NCBI GenBank assembly: GCA_036172245.1
Contig: JAYWIR010000001.1
Coordinates: 8,432,001-8,496,000, forward strand
Source: Raillietiella orientalis
Taxonomy: Eukaryota
DNA: 64,000 nt
Reading direction: 5' to 3'
This document shows, piece after piece, positions 60,986 to 64,000 of this stretch. The notes under the pieces were generated by a model. It had not been told where the DNA came from. It saw only the letters and a program-made list of their open reading frames with translations, and did not search any database. The translations under genes and the position numbers were made by a program. Position 1 is the stretch's first letter. Each line of letters begins with the position of its first letter.

Positions 60986-62141
60986 TCACAAGGAACCTCC
61001 AATGAGACTAACTTTCATGCGAAAGTAATAAATGGTGCGAAATAAACAAAACAGCATTGCCATGCAGATGCCTACACAAACAAAACAGACTATAGAAAAC
61101 AAACACTTTCTGCTTACCAATGTATAACACATACCACCATCCGCTTGATTCTGCTGCTTGATATGTGCCTACAACAGTTCCAACTGCAGTAGCAAATAAT
61201 ACAATGGTCAGTCCCAAGTAGATGAATAATCTCCTTCTAGCAAATGTTGGACCTACTGATGTACTAGAACAAGAAATTGGTGTACAGAGACACTTTCATA
61301 GTAGACTCACATCTTGTGACAATGTGGACACCTTGTCAGTGACTTATTTACAGAATTACACTGAAAAGACAAGGATAAGATTCCTGCTGCTTGCCTACTT
61401 TCCTCTTACCAAAAAGTTTTCTTGACAATGAGCACAGATCACCCCACATATGCCAGATACTTGCAACACAGCAGGGGCAGACAATTGATTTGCACTCAAA
61501 TCAAGAGTCATCTTGCATCGTGGGCATGTTACTCTCATAGCTGTGGTTCGACAAATTAAAAGGCAGTTGCACTGACAACGCACAAACTTTCTTCCAGAAG
61601 GAGCACTCTGAATTGGCTATGAAGTAAAAATTTTTCATCTTTTACATTGAAATGATAAATACTTATTGTTTGTTGAAAAAAACAAAACAGGTATGTATAC
61701 ATACAGTAATAATAATGCAAAGGCTCTTACTGTTGCTTCATGACAAAACGAACATTTCACAACCTGTTTCTCTTTTAAATTGGTTATGTCTATCATTGCT
61801 TGGCATACTTTACAAGTGATCATCTGACCACCTGTGGAACTATCTGAACCATTCAGAAAAGGCACTGGTTTTTCCTCTCTTTCAATGGCTAAAATGAGTA
61901 TACAGCATCATCATTCAGAACTCTGGACAGGAGTGATTAATAACAATATGTGCAATTTTGTATTGAAACAACGGTTGAATTGAAACAACAGCTTTAAGGT
62001 GTGCTCGAGCGATCCATGAAATCCTGTAGTTTCTCCTTCGTGCATTGAACATGAAAACTTTTACTTACGTACTGCACCTGATGCAGACGTCGATGGCAAC
62101 GAACTTCCACTTAACAGCGGTTGCTTTTCAGCAGAACTCAT
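60986..62141 (-). CDS. PIP4P1: Phosphatidylinositol 4,5-bisphosphate 4-phosphatase (PIP4P/TMEM55 family)
   Basis: Six phase-consistent exons: 62069-62141, 61731-61888, 61410-61616, 61311-61360, 61118-61263, 60986-61071. Product shows N-terminal EKQPLL, Cys-rich ITCKVCQAMIDI...VVKCSFCHEAT, VRCQCNCLLICRTTAMR (intact CX5R), RCPHCHK, two C-terminal hydrophobic helices and the ending YYFRMKVSLIGGSL*. Cannot be assigned to PIP4P1 versus PIP4P2. Confidence 0.93.
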
Positions 62142-64000
62142 TCTCTTGTATTTTTTAGGTCATTTTTTCATCTAAGGTACCACAATCAATAGGTTAGAAT
62201 GAACCGTAAGTGTTTGTCTCATGCTTTACATTTGCATCCCCCAAAACCACAGTTTTCAAAGCGCTAGCACATTCAACGAATTGATCGCCAACGTTTCAGA
62301 AACCCCTTCCAGTCTGTTCTGCTAGCAATAAAACTGAGCGGCTATGGACAGTTATCTGGGAGTATTCCTGGCTGGCAACAAACGAAGAAAAAGTAACAGC
62401 TTGAGCAACAGGAACGTGTTAACAGCAGACAGAAATAATGACTACTACACACTACGCTTATTTCATTTTCGTGAACTGCTTTTAAGCAGTAAACATAAAC
62501 ATGAAAATTAAAAAAAAAAAATTTTTGCGCTTACGCACATCCCACTCTCAGGAAACAAAACATTGCACCAAAAACAGTGAAATATTTTCTGTCGTTACCC
62601 TAAGCTGTTTTAGTTTTCAAATCCTTGGTAAAACGTGGAGAAACGCTTTGCAGCAACCTTACAAAAAGTAAAGTATTCTCGTAAAATTGCAAAAGGAGCT
62701 TAATGGACAAAAAGCGCGGAAGCCAAAACACAAGACCATGTATTCTGCAAATTGTCCAGTTTGCTTCGGCAGGCACTGCATTGATGCCCTCTCATTCCTT
62801 TCGTAGGAAAAAAAGAAACAAAAAACGGACACTTGCCATCTTGATGTGTTCTACAAAGATAATATGAGCAAAATATCTAGTCATGAAAGAGAAACCCGAC
62901 TACCCTTCCTTCCAGAACGCTCCGGAACAAGTTAAAGAAATGGCGAAAGACTTCTGTAAAGGACATTCTGAAACCCAGCAGATAAATCATCAGGTTTGCA
63001 TCCTGGGTTTTTTTCTGGAATTTCTTTTTTTCCCCGTTTTTACCAAGCACTCCTACGCCACAATTTTCCCGAAACGGCGGAAAACCGAACAGCTGATTCC
63101 AACAATTTTCCCTCGTGTTGAGTTCCTATGGAGACACATAGGAAACAAAACTGAAGGAGCAAAACCACGTCCAAATTAGCAATAAAAGTGCCCCACGGAT
63201 ATCAACATAATGTCCGAAGCGACTCGAACAAACAAGGATGATCCAATATCTATCCGGAAAAGGGAAGGTCCCATTGATCAGAAAATCTATGAATCTCTTA
63301 AAGAATGTCAGCAAAAGCTATCTCTCAAAGACACCAGCCTCAATGCCATGAGGTAAGCTGAGACGAGAGGAACTTTCGGCTCCATAGTCAAGGAGCACCG
63401 GGAACTGCATCGAAGTAAACTCATACAATCCAGATCGCGAGATGGAAATCTTTAGATGATTTCTGATACTTGCAAGAAAATCGAAACGCTGCGCGAAACT
63501 CGCCGGTCCTTTTAGAGATGCAGTCTGCACATCCAAGGAACAAAGCGTGTAAAAAAAAAAAAAAACTCCTTTCTTTATAATTCTGATAAAGTGTGCTGTG
63601 CTGATTCCGATGTGCTGATAAAGATATAGGAACACGTCGTTCCATCAGCAATTGTAGATTAGGATCTCAGTAGGCTTATGATAAAACTGATCGAACTTTA
63701 CTTGTCAAGTGTTACAAATTCTTGAGCACGTCGGAATCGATTTTGAAATAAACATGTGAGCGAGGGCTGCGTTGTGAGTAAGAACATGCTTTTTTTTTTT
63801 CCAAACCCTTTGGTCAGGCTTAAGTGTTCAACACTCAGCCTTTATGGATAGTGTTCAAATACGTGTGCACTCCGAATGCGGATCTCCCCCTGGGGAAATA
63901 CGCGATTCCGTGCCCAATGAAAAAAAAACATTTGCTCATCTGTTGGTGTTTTAGTGCACTATCGGGATTCCATGCACCCATTAAAGAATATTTCAAATCT

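Noticed and set aside
62800-63352. Possible divergent + strand gene upstream of PIP4P (MSEATRTNKDDP...AMR followed by gtaagc)
   Set aside because: Only one plausible exon, no recognisable domain, and no phase-consistent partner exon inside the window.

Overview
This is eukaryotic, most likely arthropod, genomic DNA with spliceosomal GT-AG introns and no prokaryotic features. It falls into two halves. The left ~39 kb is GC- and CpG-rich and holds one large + strand gene for a Beat (beaten path)-type two-Ig cell-surface protein (CDS 3627-36979, 5-6 exons). Its 1.6-12.6 kb introns are packed with decayed transposon pieces: a ~0.6-0.7 kb tRNA-headed SINE family (about 9 copies in the window), Ty3/Gypsy remnants and L1/Tx1-like LINE fragments. 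Two almost identical inverted SINE copies bracket exon 3. A transition zone (39-48.5 kb) holds more decayed retroelements and a small mitochondrial nad3 insertion (NUMT). The right ~15 kb is AT-rich and CpG-poor, with two compact - strand genes carrying several ~45-55 nt introns: a TDRD12-like piRNA-pathway gene (degenerate DEAD-box helicase, Tudor domains, CS/p23 domain) and PIP4P/TMEM55. Exon structures were assembled by hand from splice sites and phases. Family assignments come from motif recognition, not database searches. I found no clearly new biological system; the exon-flanking inverted repeat is the best lead.
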